A stretch of DNA of 64,000 nucleotides, from positions 47,058,001 through 47,122,000 of the forward strand of contig OX597823.1 in NCBI GenBank assembly GCA_951406725.2, in the 5' to 3' direction. The notes under the pieces are model-generated. The model saw only the letters and a list, made by a program, of their open reading frames with translations. It was not told where the DNA came from and made no database searches. Source of the stretch: Octopus vulgaris. Its lineage: Eukaryota. Of the stretch, positions 27,435 to 41,329 are shown one piece after another. The position numbers and the translations under genes were made by a program. Numbering within the stretch: position 1 is the stretch's first letter; the number at the start of each line of letters is the position of its first letter.

Positions 27435-27617
27435 ATATATGTGCATTCCTCATTTACGTACCTTTTCATTCCTACAAAACTACAATACCATTAAGCTAGA
27501 TTGATTATTTAAATTCCACTATTATTTCTTTTTTGATAGTTTTATCTTCCCTCTGTTTATACTTTATCTAATAGGAATAGTATAAAACACCTAATAATAA
27601 TAATTGATTCCGTTGTA

Positions 27618-27666
<49 letters not shown>

Positions 27667-27773
27667 CGGGAAGGTTTATGAAAATAAACAAAAGACGAAG
27701 GCAGGTGGAATACAAACAAACAATATATATATATATATTTAAATGTATGGTTATGTATTTATGTATATTTATG

Positions 27774-27840
<67 letters not shown>

Positions 27841-27896
27841 GTGTTTATATATGTATGTATTTATATTTATAATTTAATCATATGAACTTTCTAAAC

Positions 27897-28018
27897 TCTC
27901 AGACGAAGCCCAGAGGCACACCCAAGTACCTTAACCTTATCTACCAAATACTCCAGTTCACTGAAAGGATGGAAGTAAAGTGGGGTACTATGACCTCTTG
28001 GCTGAAACAGCTGTAAGA
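27897..28018 (+). ncRNA. Hammerhead motif with 77-nt insert in stem II (core U4A)
   Basis: UCU-CAGACGA-AGCCcAGAGG-(77 nt)-CCUCUuGGCU-GAAA-CAGCUG-UA-AGA: 9/10 pairs in stem II and a palindromic stem III. Confidence 0.7.
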
Positions 28019-28298
28019 AACTATTCTACTTTCTATGTTCTATGTTATACATTTTAATAATTACTGGTATTTTTATATACGTAAAGCATAATCTGTTATA
28101 CATGTATGTATATTGTTATAATTGTGTTCTTTTTTAAATAAATAAATAAATAGACATAATATAACATCTTGTTGATCTCAGAACTATTCATTAAGCATGG
28201 CTCTTATTAATTGTTCACTATTTCTCGAGCCTTTTCAGTAGTTATAATAGTTCAGAAATATTACCTGAATTCATGAGTGTGAATAATAGATAGATAGG

Positions 28299-28366
<68 letters not shown>

Positions 28367-28766
28367 CAGAGTGAGAGAGAAAGCGTGTTTGCATGTGTAT
28401 ATGCGTGTGTTTGAGCGTGTAGATATGAGTGTGTGCGCGCGTGCCTGTTTTGAAATTATATTTATAAGATAGTTAACTTACTGAGAACAAAAGATACATA
28501 TACCCATACACACACACACATATGTATATATATGTATATATACTTACATATACACACACATACGCGCACGCACACACACATACACACACACATACATATA
28601 TATATATGTATATATATATATATTCATACATATATACAGAAGCGGAAAAAATCTTCACAAACTCATACTCAGTTTCCCGTGACCGTTCGTCAGACAGTTG
28701 TGATCATACATGTGTTGGTATGTATGTATGCATATGTATGGCTATACATATTCGCATACATATATT

Positions 28767-28837
<71 letters not shown>

Positions 28838-28911
28838 CTCTGTCTATCTATCTACCTATATCATATGTAAATATATATATGTATGTCAGTTTATATATAT
28901 ATATAGTTCAC

Positions 28912-29114
<203 letters not shown>

Positions 29115-29176
29115 CAACGACAGCAACATCGAAAAATGCCTCAGGAATGAGAACCCAGGTTCGAAATTTCCTCAAG

Positions 29177-29219
29177 ACACCTGATGATGGGTGGAGGGTA
29201 CGTCAGCCGAAACGTGTGT
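29177..29219 (+). ncRNA. Minimal type-I hammerhead motif downstream of the tRNA head
   Basis: ACAC-CUGAUGA-U-GGgUG-(10 nt)-CAgCC-GAAA-CG-U-GUGU: core intact, one stem II mismatch, cleavage-site H17 missing. Confidence 0.7.
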
Positions 29220-29264
29220 GTGCTTGTGCGCTCGCGCGCGCGTGTGTGTGTGTGTCTGTGTGTG

Positions 29265-29657
29265 TAAGAGTTGCGAGAAAGAGTAGGAGAAATCCGGGAT
29301 ATGTGTTTCATAGTGAGTGGAACCTCAAATGTGGTAAAATCCAAGCGAAGTGTACACCATTGGCTTCTCTTCAGGCCAAGGATATCTTGATTGGATTGAT
29401 GGCTACATTGTCGCAAGGAGGTAGATATTAACGCAAAGGCGATTCAATCAAACTGTCATTCGATCAAATTCTGATTGAATCTTCTTTGTGTCAACATCTA
29501 CCTCCTTGCAACAATGTAGCCATCAATCTAATCAAGATATCTTTGGCTTGAACAGTAGCTGGCGGTATACATCTCGCTGGGATTTAACCACTTCTGAAGT
29601 TCCGCTCGTCATGAAACATGTAGCCCGGATTTCTTTTACTCCATTCCGTAACTCTTA
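29265..29657. mobile_element. Foldback (whole-length palindromic) MITE, about 393 bp
   Basis: TAAGAGTTGCG...GATATCTTGATTGGATTGATGGCTACATTGTCGCAAGGAGGTAGAT...GATTCAATCA is mirrored by TGATTGAATC...ATCTACCTCCTTGCAACAATGTAGCCATCAATCTAATCAAGATATC...CGTAACTCTTA. Confidence 0.9.
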
Positions 29658-29910
29658 TATTCTTTTTCGCACATTCGGCAACTTTGGTCGCCAACCATGA
29701 AATATAAAAAGAACTTCTTTCCTGCTCATCTTTCTTCGATAAGGAAAAATGTTCTGCAACCTTCCGTCTCAATAAACGACTATTGCTCCTGAAAGTTTTA
29801 TATTCACTACGAACTGCTCGAACTTTCTTCCTACACTTCGATCCCTGGATCTTACATTTATATATATATATATATATATATATATGACTAGATAGATAGA
29901 TAGATAGATT

Positions 29911-29967
<57 letters not shown>

Positions 29968-30256
29968 GTGTATATATATTTTATATAAGTACACATACAT
30001 TATATATATATATATACTTAAATATGTGTGTGTATATATATATGCATATATTGTATATATAAGTATATATGTATATACATACAGACATACATACATACAT
30101 ATATACATATTTATATGTGTGTGCGTGAGTATTTATATGTTGAGTTACATATATAAATAGATGTTACTTAATGAACACAATGTACGGTGTGCGAGATACA
30201 CATACAGACACAAATACACGGATACACATACAAATACACACACACACACACACTCA

Positions 30257-30302
<46 letters not shown>

Positions 30303-30467
30303 TATATATGCACACAAGCACTACACTCCATTCCTAAGCTCGCGCACACGTTCACACATCTCTGCATCTCCAGTCAAATATAGAAATATAATGATGTATA
30401 AATTGGTAGAAAAATATGTCTATCTATCTATTTATTTATATTCCTGACTATATATAGCTATATACAT

Positions 30468-30500
<33 letters not shown>

Positions 30501-30625
30501 CATACATACATATATATTCATGCATGCTATACTCATCTGTATGTAATATGTTCATGTACCTATGCATCAGGTTATCACTTTAACTAGCTAACCATCTAAC
30601 CATTTATACATACGTACATACATAT

Positions 30626-30673
<48 letters not shown>

Positions 30674-30805
30674 ATATATATACATATATATATATGTATA
30701 TATATGTACATATGTATATATATGTACATATATATATATATATGTCGTGTGTATGTATGGAGGTACATATGCATGTATGTAAGTATGTATTTATGTATGC
30801 CTGCA

Positions 30806-30840
<35 letters not shown>

Positions 30841-31601
30841 CTGTATATACACACACATATATATATATAAATACATATATGTTTATATATACACATATAT
30901 ATACATATACATATATAAATATAGATATGTGTGTGTGTGTGTGTGTGTGTATGTGTAAACAGGCAGACAGTTAGAGAGTGAGTTGTATAACACTATGTGT
31001 TTTTGTGTGAGCGTCTGCGAGCATTTATGCACACACAGACACACACACACACACATGCATGCTCACATGCACACACAAACGTGTACGCTCATATGCAATT
31101 TTCTATAAATGCTCGCAGACACTTCAGCTTCACACACACGCACGCACACACACACATACACACACACACACATACACACAGTCGTCTACATGAATGTGTG
31201 AGTGTATGTGTGTGTGTGTGTGGAGGTCATGTGTATGCCTTCCTGTGTGTGCGCTTGTGACGGTGCCCGCATACATGTGTGTATATACGTGTAAGCAGTC
31301 ATAACTAAATATCACATATTTAATCAGTTGTGAATATCTTTCTCACAAGTAATTTCCTAAGTCATAATAAGTTAAAACAATTTCTTTTTTTGCTTTTGTT
31401 TTTAAAACTGCCATTCTGTACAGACATCATTATAATCTTCACTTTTCATTCCCGTAATGTGTACAGTTCTAAGAAAACATTTTACAAATCATGCTTATCA
31501 ATTATTCACTTAGCTGCGCTGATAATTTGGTATAATCTATTGCCACCCTGAGAGAAAGATCTTGGTAGACTGTTTCAGCCAACGTCTTAAGCGGCCTACT
31601 T

Positions 31602-31619
31602 TCACTCGCACATTAAAAT
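31602..31619 (-). CDS. Candidate terminal coding exon (ILMCE*)
   Basis: Acceptor TTTTGTTTAATTACAG then ATT TTA ATG TGC GAG TGA. Phase 0 matches the donor at 32777. Followed by unique AT-rich sequence. Confidence 0.25.
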   Translation of the reverse strand: MLMCE

Positions 31620-32106
31620 CTGTAATTAAACAAAACTACAACTTCATTGACCTTCACTAATTACAAAATAATGAAAATGCCAATAGCTTTTGCTTTAATA
31701 GTTGAGAAGACAATTTTCGTGTGAAAATCAAGTTAGTGACATTTAAAAAGCATATACAAGCTTGATTAAGCAGACAAACTAGCATTTTCAGATATTTCAA
31801 TCAAGGTTTTCTAGTTGTTATTGCAACCATCGAAGCCTGCAATTGATAGTAGACACGTTGAAAATTATTTTTAAAATCAAATTATATCCACACTGTACGT
31901 ATGTGTGAGTGTGAAACACGTGTATGTACGTCTGTATTCGCATCAGTGTATACGTAAATTTGTCTGTCTTGTATGTATGTATGTATGTATGTATGTATGT
32001 ATGTATGTATGTATGTATGTATGTATGTATGTATGTCTATATGTATATATGTCTGTCAGTATATCTGTGTGTGTATGTGTATATATATATTCATATATAT
32101 ATATTC

Positions 32107-32162
<56 letters not shown>

Positions 32163-32777
32163 GTGTGTGTATATATATATATACACATATATATACATAC
32201 ATATATGCATGCATATGTATATATGTGTGCATATATGTATGTATGAGTATGTTTGTATGTTCGTTTGTATATGTATGTGCGTGTGTGTTTGTGTATACGT
32301 ACGTGTTTCAGCTGTAAGGTCACTACTATGTAAGTGATTGAGTGATATCTGATCGATACCTTTTTACCTTTCTCTATTTTCTCAGCTGATATTTTTTTTT
32401 TTTAGTTTTTGTACATTTTTTGTTTCACCTTTTTTATTTTTCCATTTTTGATTTGTTTTGTGATGTTTTAGTAATTATTTCACACATCCTTGCTTTACAA
32501 CATCAGCTCTATAAACTATTTGCCCATGGATATGTCTACTATTTTTATAGGTTTATTTCAGCAAAATCATTACATTCATTCATGTTAGAGGGAGATGGTT
32601 AGTTTTATTTTACTTGTTGTTGTTGTAGTACTCGTTGTCTTAGTAGTAGTGGTTGTTGTTGATTTTATCATAACAGACGCCATCCAAATAGTTTTTTTTG
32701 TAATTCTTCATATTTCGCAGTCATTTAACGAATAGTCGTAATATAGTTTTTGGTAACGCGACCCCGATTTTAAATAC

Positions 32778-32880
32778 CTTCATGTCCTTAGAGGATGGAG
32801 GGCAATGCTCAAAACTTGTGGGGGTCTCCCCGGCCGACGGAGTGAGATGCAGTCGATGTTTATTTAAACTATCTGGAAAT
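32778..32880 (-). CDS. Candidate internal exon (FPDSLNKHRLHLTPSAGETPTSFEHCPPSSKDMK), protein not recognised
   Basis: Unique GC-richer island with a pyrimidine tract CCTTTTTTATTTTCAATTT, acceptors CATAG (32881) or TTTCCAG (32873), donor AAG|GTATTT, and only one open frame. Confidence 0.45.
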
Positions 32881-34169
32881 CTATGTTTGTAAATTGAAAA
32901 TAAAAAAGGCAGAGTATTTAGTGTGGAATGTGTTAGGGGAGATATAATATGGATGACCACAGGGGAAGAAATAAGTAGAATGGGTGCATCTGAATCATGC
33001 AGTATACAAGATCAGAGACTGTAGTAGTAACGGTAGAAGAAACAATGTGTCTGTGTGACAGTAGTGCTAATGAATATGATCTACCAACCAACCAGCCAAC
33101 CAACCAAACGGTTTTCTGCTGGATTCATTTAACAGTTGTATCGTCTCAAATGGTTTTATACTGTTATCTTAATCTGGCGAGTTGGCAAAATCGTTAGCAC
33201 GCCTGACGTAATGGCTAGCGGTATTTCAGCCGTCTTTACGTTCTGAGTTCAAATTCCGTCGAGGGTGACTTTACCTTTCATCATTTCGGGTGTCAATAAA
33301 ATAAGTACCATTTGAACACTGGGGTCGAGGTAATCGACTTAACTACTCCAGGGTAAGAGTATAAAAACTGCATCGATCTGCCAAGCCACGTCGATCCAGT
33401 GTGGCAGAGTAGGCTCATCAAACCAATATGATCTCAGGCTCAAGTTCACGGCTTCCACACCAGAGTGTAGTTGGTGGAGAGAACATGCTGAGGCCATCGT
33501 CCTGCAGCCGACTGAACATAGGCTATACAAGCCCATCGAAATTTAATCAGGAGCGCATGGTTTTTATAGAAAGCTATCAATATTTATAGCCAGGCTATGT
33601 ATTGATTCTCAAGAGGGATCCTAACCTTTGGGGTTTCAATTTTCATGCTATATATGAGCTTCCTGTGGAAAGATTGTTAACGATAGTGAGTCGTATCACT
33701 TGTAGCTACAGTGAGTGTCTTAATTGTGTATTGTTCATATATAATGAAGATATAATAAAAATTTGTTTACATCACTAAGTATGTCGCTAATGTCATAAAT
33801 AATTTCGTATGAGTATATTGAGAGTATCATGTATAAGTGCAGTTAGTGTGTTCTAATTATATTAACAGTGTGCTGTAAGTGTGCAGGCATGGATGTATGC
33901 AGTGATATTTTCGGTTTTCTCTCTTCAAGGAAGCAGCGCGAGTTTTGGATGAAGTGTCATGGCTACGTGTGATGAGGTCTCTGTGCAGAAGATCAATGAA
34001 AAATTAAGGGTAGGGAAATCTGTTTGAATATGTTTGGTAAAGATCAGGGAAGGAAATGAGAAAACTCGTTGGTCTTCGAGAGCTGATGATTTGCGTGTTT
34101 GTCAAAGGTCTGTCAACGAACTTTGCATCGTAGTTGTCTGACAGGCATCTTCAGATTCAGCCTAGTAAG

Positions 34170-34500
34170 AAATATTTAAGGACAACAGTTTTGCTTTCAT
34201 CAGAATTCTCAAAGGTGTCAGTTCATTCGTACATGGGTTAGGAGAGCAAATCTTTAGTAAATCTGATCCCATAGAAACCATACTGAAGGTTACTATGAAA
34301 GCCATTACGTGGCAGTTGATAAGGTGAAAGCGATGGATTTTTGGAAATGAAGCACAGTATTGAGTGATTCTCTAGACTGTGATAGATTCTTGTAGGTAGA
34401 GAAATATTCGAGCTCTACATTTAAGCCAGCTGTTTGGAAAATAGAAAGGATACTGTGAGAGCCTTGTTGAATTGCAGGGAACAAATGTATTTCTCAGATA
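34170..34500 (-). pseudogene. Old Jockey/CR1-group LINE RT fragment
   Basis: SILCFISK...LQYGFYGIRFTKDLLS*PMYE*TDTFENSDESKTVVL corresponds to the QYGFR..RST.DLL...W...ES.VVALD RT motif. Confidence 0.7.
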
Positions 34501-35701
34501 TCGAATTTGAGTATTTCGAGGTGAAACTGGTGGATGGGAAAAGATGTGGTTGTGTAAAAGATTTTTGTTGCGTGTCTGGGAAATTGGGTTTTGATATCAC
34601 AGAATTTGAAATGTTAATTATACATGCGTTAGTGAATCAGTTCAGATTTTTTTTTACTTCCTTTGAATTTGTCACCAATTTATTTATGCTGCTTGTTTTA
34701 CTCATCTCATCTCCCAGAATGAGTAATGGTATTTTAATAGAAATCTTATCTTCAAAGTTGTTTAACCAACGAAATGTGTCGATAAACCACATGTAGACGC
34801 AATTAACATATGTCTCAAAAGAATATATTTACACTAATAAATAATTTCCTGGTTTCACAGAACAGTAATTTACTGTAACTGATTTGCATGAATTGCTGTT
34901 GTTTATAACCAAAAAGCAGAGTAGATAATTTAAACTTATGATCACCTTCCAAACGACGACGATCCTTCTGGTCTTTTACCAAAAGAATTTTCCTCATCTT
35001 TGCGGAGCCCTCTTTTTCTCCAATTCCCGACAATGATGATACTGTCAGTCGTACCATGCTGAGTCACCCTCCACTTCCACTGTTCGTTTTGCAGTCAAGT
35101 CTACAGACATTTGACAAACCTCCAATTCTATCCCCTTCCATCCTTCTAGGTCCACCACCTTGCATCCATGTATGTCAGGAGTGAAAGTGCTCTCGGTCAC
35201 ACCAAATCTTTTTGTAGCATCCGTAAATACTTGCAAGTTCCCTCAACTATCACGAAACGCAAAGAATTTGGAAAGCTGTTTTCAATAATTTGTGTATAAA
35301 ATAATTCTGTCACACACACATATATATGTACAACTATACCTAGCGTTATGAGATACTGTCATCTTTTACGTAATTTGATATTTATTTTTTTATATAAATG
35401 TTGACACATCACCTGTTAAATAAACACCACAGAGGACACCATTCCTAATCAGCATTAGCCACGAGTCATTCTTGTGGTTGCTGCTGTTCTCATCAATGTT
35501 GTCAATATTAGTTTTTATGCATTCATTTTTAGTATTTCATATACTTTTCCCAGTTGTTCTCACTCTAGCTACAACCAGGATCGTTTGTTTTTGATAGATA
35601 TTTTTATAAGTTTTGGCAGCAGGATTTGAGTTATTACATATTTACAGGATGCTCAGGCATATGAGTGGGGAGAAAGAACTCATGTTATAGCTACAACTTA
35701 C

Positions 35702-35741
35702 TTCCGAATACATAGTCCGAATGTTTAAAAAGAGTGGACAT
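35702..35741 (-). CDS. Candidate first coding exon (MSTLFKHSDYVFG)
   Basis: ATG after an in-frame upstream stop, and a perfect donor GAA|GTAAGT. Phase 1 matches the acceptor at 32873. Confidence 0.25.
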
Positions 35742-36217
35742 TGCTAAAAGGATCCGACGACGGTGGTATTAATAGAGACGATGGTTTAAGCTTTCTAACC
35801 AAAGTTTTCTTTCTACCTTCCTTCATTCTCCCTCTTCCGATGGAGAGATGCAGCTAATATTGTTATGGCTACATATTTTTCTGTACTCAGTTCTCTAACA
35901 GCCATGCTGGAAATATATTTTTATCTTCATAGTAACATAAAAAAAAGCAAACGAAAAAATTAAGAGGAAGAATAAAAACAAATAACAACTAAAAAATTAT
36001 TCTGCCTCTAAATGGGGAAAATATATATCAATTCAACTGTTTCCATTCTTCATCGATAAGTTAACAGGATAATTAAATCAATAAACTAACAAAAAAAAAA
36101 GAAAAAAAAAACATATATAAAATCCGGCGGGAGTGAGTTCAAGACACGCTTTACGCACTAACTCCTAACAGTAACAAAAATTCCTACAACAACCACAACA
36201 TTAAAAACAACAAAAAC

Positions 36218-36306
<89 letters not shown>

Positions 36307-36956
36307 CGATAACGGTGATGATGATGATAACGACGACGACGACGACGATGATGATGATGATGATGATGATGATATTAATAATAATCACAGGAAAAACTAC
36401 AATAGTAATAATATTATTGTTAATAATATTCTATGAGGAAAATGCTTCAAATAAGATTTACAATAAAAATCTATTTTCTTAACAGAATATTTGAGAAACA
36501 AGCTATATTTTCCTCTTTACTTAGTTCTAAATCTATGATACTAAGGGCAAGAGAAAGTATGAATCTGTTCGGTAAAAACAGGTGATAAAAATCATATAAA
36601 ACTCGTAAAAGTAATTCTACCTATCAGTAAAGGTGAGTTTATGTACACATTGACGATTCTCTATGTTTTTGTTGTCACTGTTGCCGGTGATGGTGATGGT
36701 GATAGTGATGATGATGACGAGGACGACGACGACGATGAAAAGAGGGGGTGTTGTTGTTGTTGTTGGCGGTGGTGGTATTTGTGACGATAGTAATAGTTGT
36801 GATGGGGAAACGGATGATGATGTTCACGGGTGTTTTTCATTTGTTGTAATTACTTATGTTATCGCTCATTATGACTGTTATTTCTGTTGCTGTGGTACTT
36901 ATTTAGAATTCATTTTTCTACTACATTTTCTCCTTTCCTTCTTTGTCTTTTTCTCG

Positions 36957-37017
<61 letters not shown>

Positions 37018-37251
37018 CTATTGTTGTTAATGAAAATATTAATAACGAGTATGTTATCGCCAAAGCACTAATGTTTTTGTCATGCAGTATTTATATTTCC
37101 TCTCCGTCTGCTTTTAGTTCAATTTTCTTCGGGTTCCAACTCCCCGAGTCGATGAAATAAAGCACCAATCAAGTATACAGGGGTCAATGTAATCAACCAA
37201 ACCCTCCCCTCAAAAGTGTTTGTCTTGTACCAAAATTAAAAAGAATTATTA

Positions 37252-37306
<55 letters not shown>

Positions 37307-37912
37307 CATTTTCGTTATTATTATTATTTTGTTGATACGGCGCTTGTTTAAACTCCAAATCACCCCATATTGTTATCTTGTTCTTTTAATGATATATAAG
37401 ACTTCACAACTTATCGTAGCTTCTCCTTAAATTAGTCAGTAGGGTGTAATTTGAGAGAGATTTGGGTGCTGCTTCCAGTAAGCTAAATGACCACCTAGAA
37501 GCTCTCACATTGGCTTGTCCCTGGGGGATGTGAACTAAATAAGAAACGAGCAGTTTATTTCCAATTCACTACCACACAGTATATTATAGTTGGTCCTAAA
37601 TAGGTTCCTTTTCTCTAACAGTATTAGCTAGCAAACTCAAGATGCAAATTACCGTGCACTTTGCCACTCTTCCACCGACATAGGACTTTCAGTTCAGGGA
37701 ATGACAAATGAGGTCACCATGAAGTGATATCTATACGCCATTGGATTATAATGATACGCGTTGGTACGACACAAAGTGAGATGACTCGTAAGAGCGAGAA
37801 ACCGCAAGTTTTACATGAGAGTGTCTGTCTCCTAGGATGAACTGACAACAGCTAGGGATCCTGCAACGCAGTAATTTTACTGGGTGCCTCGATAACAGCC
37901 AAGGGTATTATA

Positions 37913-37972
<60 letters not shown>

Positions 37973-37973
<1 letters not shown>

Positions 37974-38182
37974 CGCCATGTTGATTCGCTAGCTTCTGCA
38001 CGCATTTTTTTTCTCTCCTTGTTTCTCTCCGTGTTTCTTTTCTGTGTATCTTTCTGTTGAAGAGTGTAGGCTCGAAACGTAAAAGACTTGTTTTATTTAT
38101 ATTCCTGAGCGCCATACTAATACAATTGTTTGTTTGTATTCCACCTGCCTTCGTCTTTTGTTTATTTTCATAAAGCTTCCCG

Positions 38183-38183
<1 letters not shown>
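37973..38183 (+). mobile_element. ~210-bp solo Penelope pLTR unit with CUGUUGA hammerhead variant (38050-38085)
   Basis: Lies between (TG)n and (TA)n. CUUU-CUGUUGA-A-GAGU-GUAG-GCUC-GAAA-CG-UA-AAAG. Same boundaries as 59986-60220. Confidence 0.85.
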
Positions 38184-38243
<60 letters not shown>

Positions 38244-38428
38244 GAATGAGATAAAAAAAACCAAGGCTGTGAAGATTTCAGAACATTTATAAATAGGTCT
38301 TACAGCTGTTCCCACACGGTTCCGGGTGGCACCTTGAGCAAGTGTCTTCTACTATAGTCTCGGGCCGACCAAAGCCTTTTGAGTGGATTTAGTAGGCGGA
38401 AACTGAACAGAAGCCCGTTATATATATG

Positions 38429-38524
<96 letters not shown>

Positions 38525-38759
38525 TATGGGTGTGTGTGTGTGTGTCTGTGTTTTGAAAATTCCTTGATACAGTTACAATATTTGGAGAGAAGATTTTTTT
38601 CTCAAAGAGTTAAGATTGAGAAAAGAACCTTTTTAGAAAGTCGAAGAAATTTCACAAAATGTGCGTAGGCTTTGCTTTTATATATATGCAAGCACTTTCA
38701 GTTCTTAAGATTTTCAAGCACGTCTTATTATATATAGTGAAAGTTGTTTTCAGTTAAAT

Positions 38760-39330
38760 TTGTTGTTGACTATTTCCGGTTTAGTTTTGGACTTAGAAAA
38801 TCTTATGAAATATTCTTCTTTTGCCTTCCGGAGAAGGTCGTTCTTTTCATTTCTTTTTATGAAGAGGGAAAATTGTAAATTTTTCTTGTGCACAGGTATC
38901 TAAATGATCGCTACATGGTATGCATCTAAGTGCGGGATGTTTTATTTGATGTCTGTGCACATTTACACAGTTGGTTAGTTTCGTTATTCTTTCCTCAATA
39001 ATAAAATGTTCGATGCATTGTGGGCATGTGATATATCAGATTTTTGCTTTTACAGTTCATACTTGCATTCACCCTTAATTCTTTTCCATTCTTGAATTTT
39101 TTTTGGCTGGTCCCTGTTCTATTAAATCCCATGTCCCAGATCGGGAGGTCTCCACATTTGATAACTTGCATCATTTCTTCCTCTGATGCAAATCTTGCTT
39201 TGGTTAAAAGTCTCTTAAGATTTGGTGGTTGCCTTCGGCTGTTGATCATTTGTTGTTCCTTGATTATTTATCGAAGACATGGGGACTGGTGTAGAATTAG
39301 TAGAAGGCATTTGGCTCTTTTTTTTTGTAA
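38760..39330 (-). mobile_element. Penelope-like element fragment (linker and GIY-YIG)
   Basis: ORF 38995-39249 INSRRQPPNLKRLLTKARF...KCG...NASMNCKSKNLIY, with downstream KAKEEYFIRF. Confidence 0.85.
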
Positions 39331-39399
39331 GTAATCTGTCTATCTATCTATCTATCTAACCCTATATATGTGTGCATATATATGTATACATACATACAC

Positions 39400-39489
<90 letters not shown>

Positions 39490-39508
39490 ATCTGTATCTA
39501 TGTATACA

Positions 39509-39553
<45 letters not shown>

Positions 39554-39771
39554 CTGCCCTCACTGCCGAAACAGCTGTCAGTTTTGATTAATTGCATATT
39601 ATATTTGAAATTTTTTACTTATATCTCTTTATCTTTTTACTATTAATGTATATCTCTTTTTGTATAATGCCTCTACTCATATGTAATGGTGTATTAAAGT
39701 ATTGATTGGGTATCATCGGATAGTTGATGTTTTATTGATTTAAGTATGTTTCTCCATTCTCTAATTTTGTA

Positions 39772-39805
<34 letters not shown>

Positions 39806-39836
39806 GTATCTATGTATAAATACATATATATATATA

Positions 39837-39962
39837 TTGAAGAACGTAGGCTCGAAACGTAAAAGACTTGTTTTATTTACATTCCTGAGCGCCATACTAA
39901 TACAATTGTTTGTTTGTATTCCACCTGCCTTCGTCTATTGTTTATTTTCATAAAGTTTCCCG

Positions 39963-39963
<1 letters not shown>
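39837..39963 (+). mobile_element. 5'-truncated copy of the 210-bp pLTR unit between (TA)n tracts (a shorter 3' stub lies at 27666-27724, minus)
   Basis: Near-identical to 38057-38183. Confidence 0.85.
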
Positions 39964-40039
<76 letters not shown>

Positions 40040-40047
40040 TATAGGGT

Positions 40048-40093
<46 letters not shown>

Positions 40094-40309
40094 TCTGTCT
40101 TTTATCTTTGTTTCAGTCATTCAACCGCGGCCATGCAGCGTCGTCGCTTTGAAGAGTTTAGTCGAACAACTCAGCTGCAATACTTATTTTTAAGGATTGT
40201 ATTTATTCTATCGGTTCTTTTGCGGAACCTTTAAGTTGCGGTGCCATAAACAAACCAACACAGGTTACCAAGCGGTTGTGGGGGGATCAACACAAACAAA
40301 AAGACACAG

Positions 40310-40376
<67 letters not shown>

Positions 40377-40518
40377 AGAGACAGCAAACCCAACATAAAG
40401 TCAGATAAGAGGAAAAACCTTTTGATAAGCATAACAAATGTGCAACCGGTAAAAAGAACTTCACCTAATTAAATTACTTAAATTACTTAAATTATTTTGT
40501 CAGCATTTTCTTCATTTC

Positions 40519-40584
<66 letters not shown>

Positions 40585-40586
<2 letters not shown>

Positions 40587-41329
40587 CTAAGTAATTAAGG
40601 GTTTAGCAACGAATTGCCTCACCAACACACCGAATTTAGAAATAGCAGTCAAAGAGATATAGCTATTCCTTCTACTAAAAGGGGGATCTCAGTAAAAACA
40701 CAGCACTTGAAAGGCAAACACAGACAGGTAAGAAAGAAAGAATGAAATGACGGCAATCCATCATGCAATTTTAAGTTACGTACGGACGTACGTTTCGAGA
40801 TCAAGTTTTAGGATAGCATAAGAATTAGAAAATTCTACTTTACCCAAACTTCTTCTCTCATCGGCGCAGGATACGACAATTATGAATAATTGTATATTAA
40901 ATTTTGAGATACTAGAATGCATCATCTCAACTCAGTGTCAGAGCGAGCCAAAGCATGACCAGTACCACGAAATTCAAAGTTTGAATGAAAGTTTAATTCT
41001 TATGCTATCCTAAAACTTGATCTCGAAACGTACGTCCGTAGGTAACTTAAAATTGCATGATGGATTGCCGTCATTTCATTCTTTCTTTCTTACCTGTCTG
41101 TGTTTGCCTTTCAAGTGCTGTGTTTTTACTGAGATCCCCCTTTTAGTAGAAGGAATAGCTATATCTCTTTGACTGCTATTTCTAAATTCGGTGTGTTGGT
41201 GAGGCAATTCGTTGCTAAACCCTTAATTACTTAGTATTACTTAAATTTTCCTCGAATGGGGCTTTTACATGCCGAAATCTACTTGGTGTAATTGATAATT
41301 ATCCCTAATTAATTAATTTCACCCTTTAT

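Noticed and set aside
36527-36632. Plus-strand exon ending in AAG|GTGAGT
   Set aside because: Stops in all three frames, and no evidence for a non-coding transcript from sequence alone.
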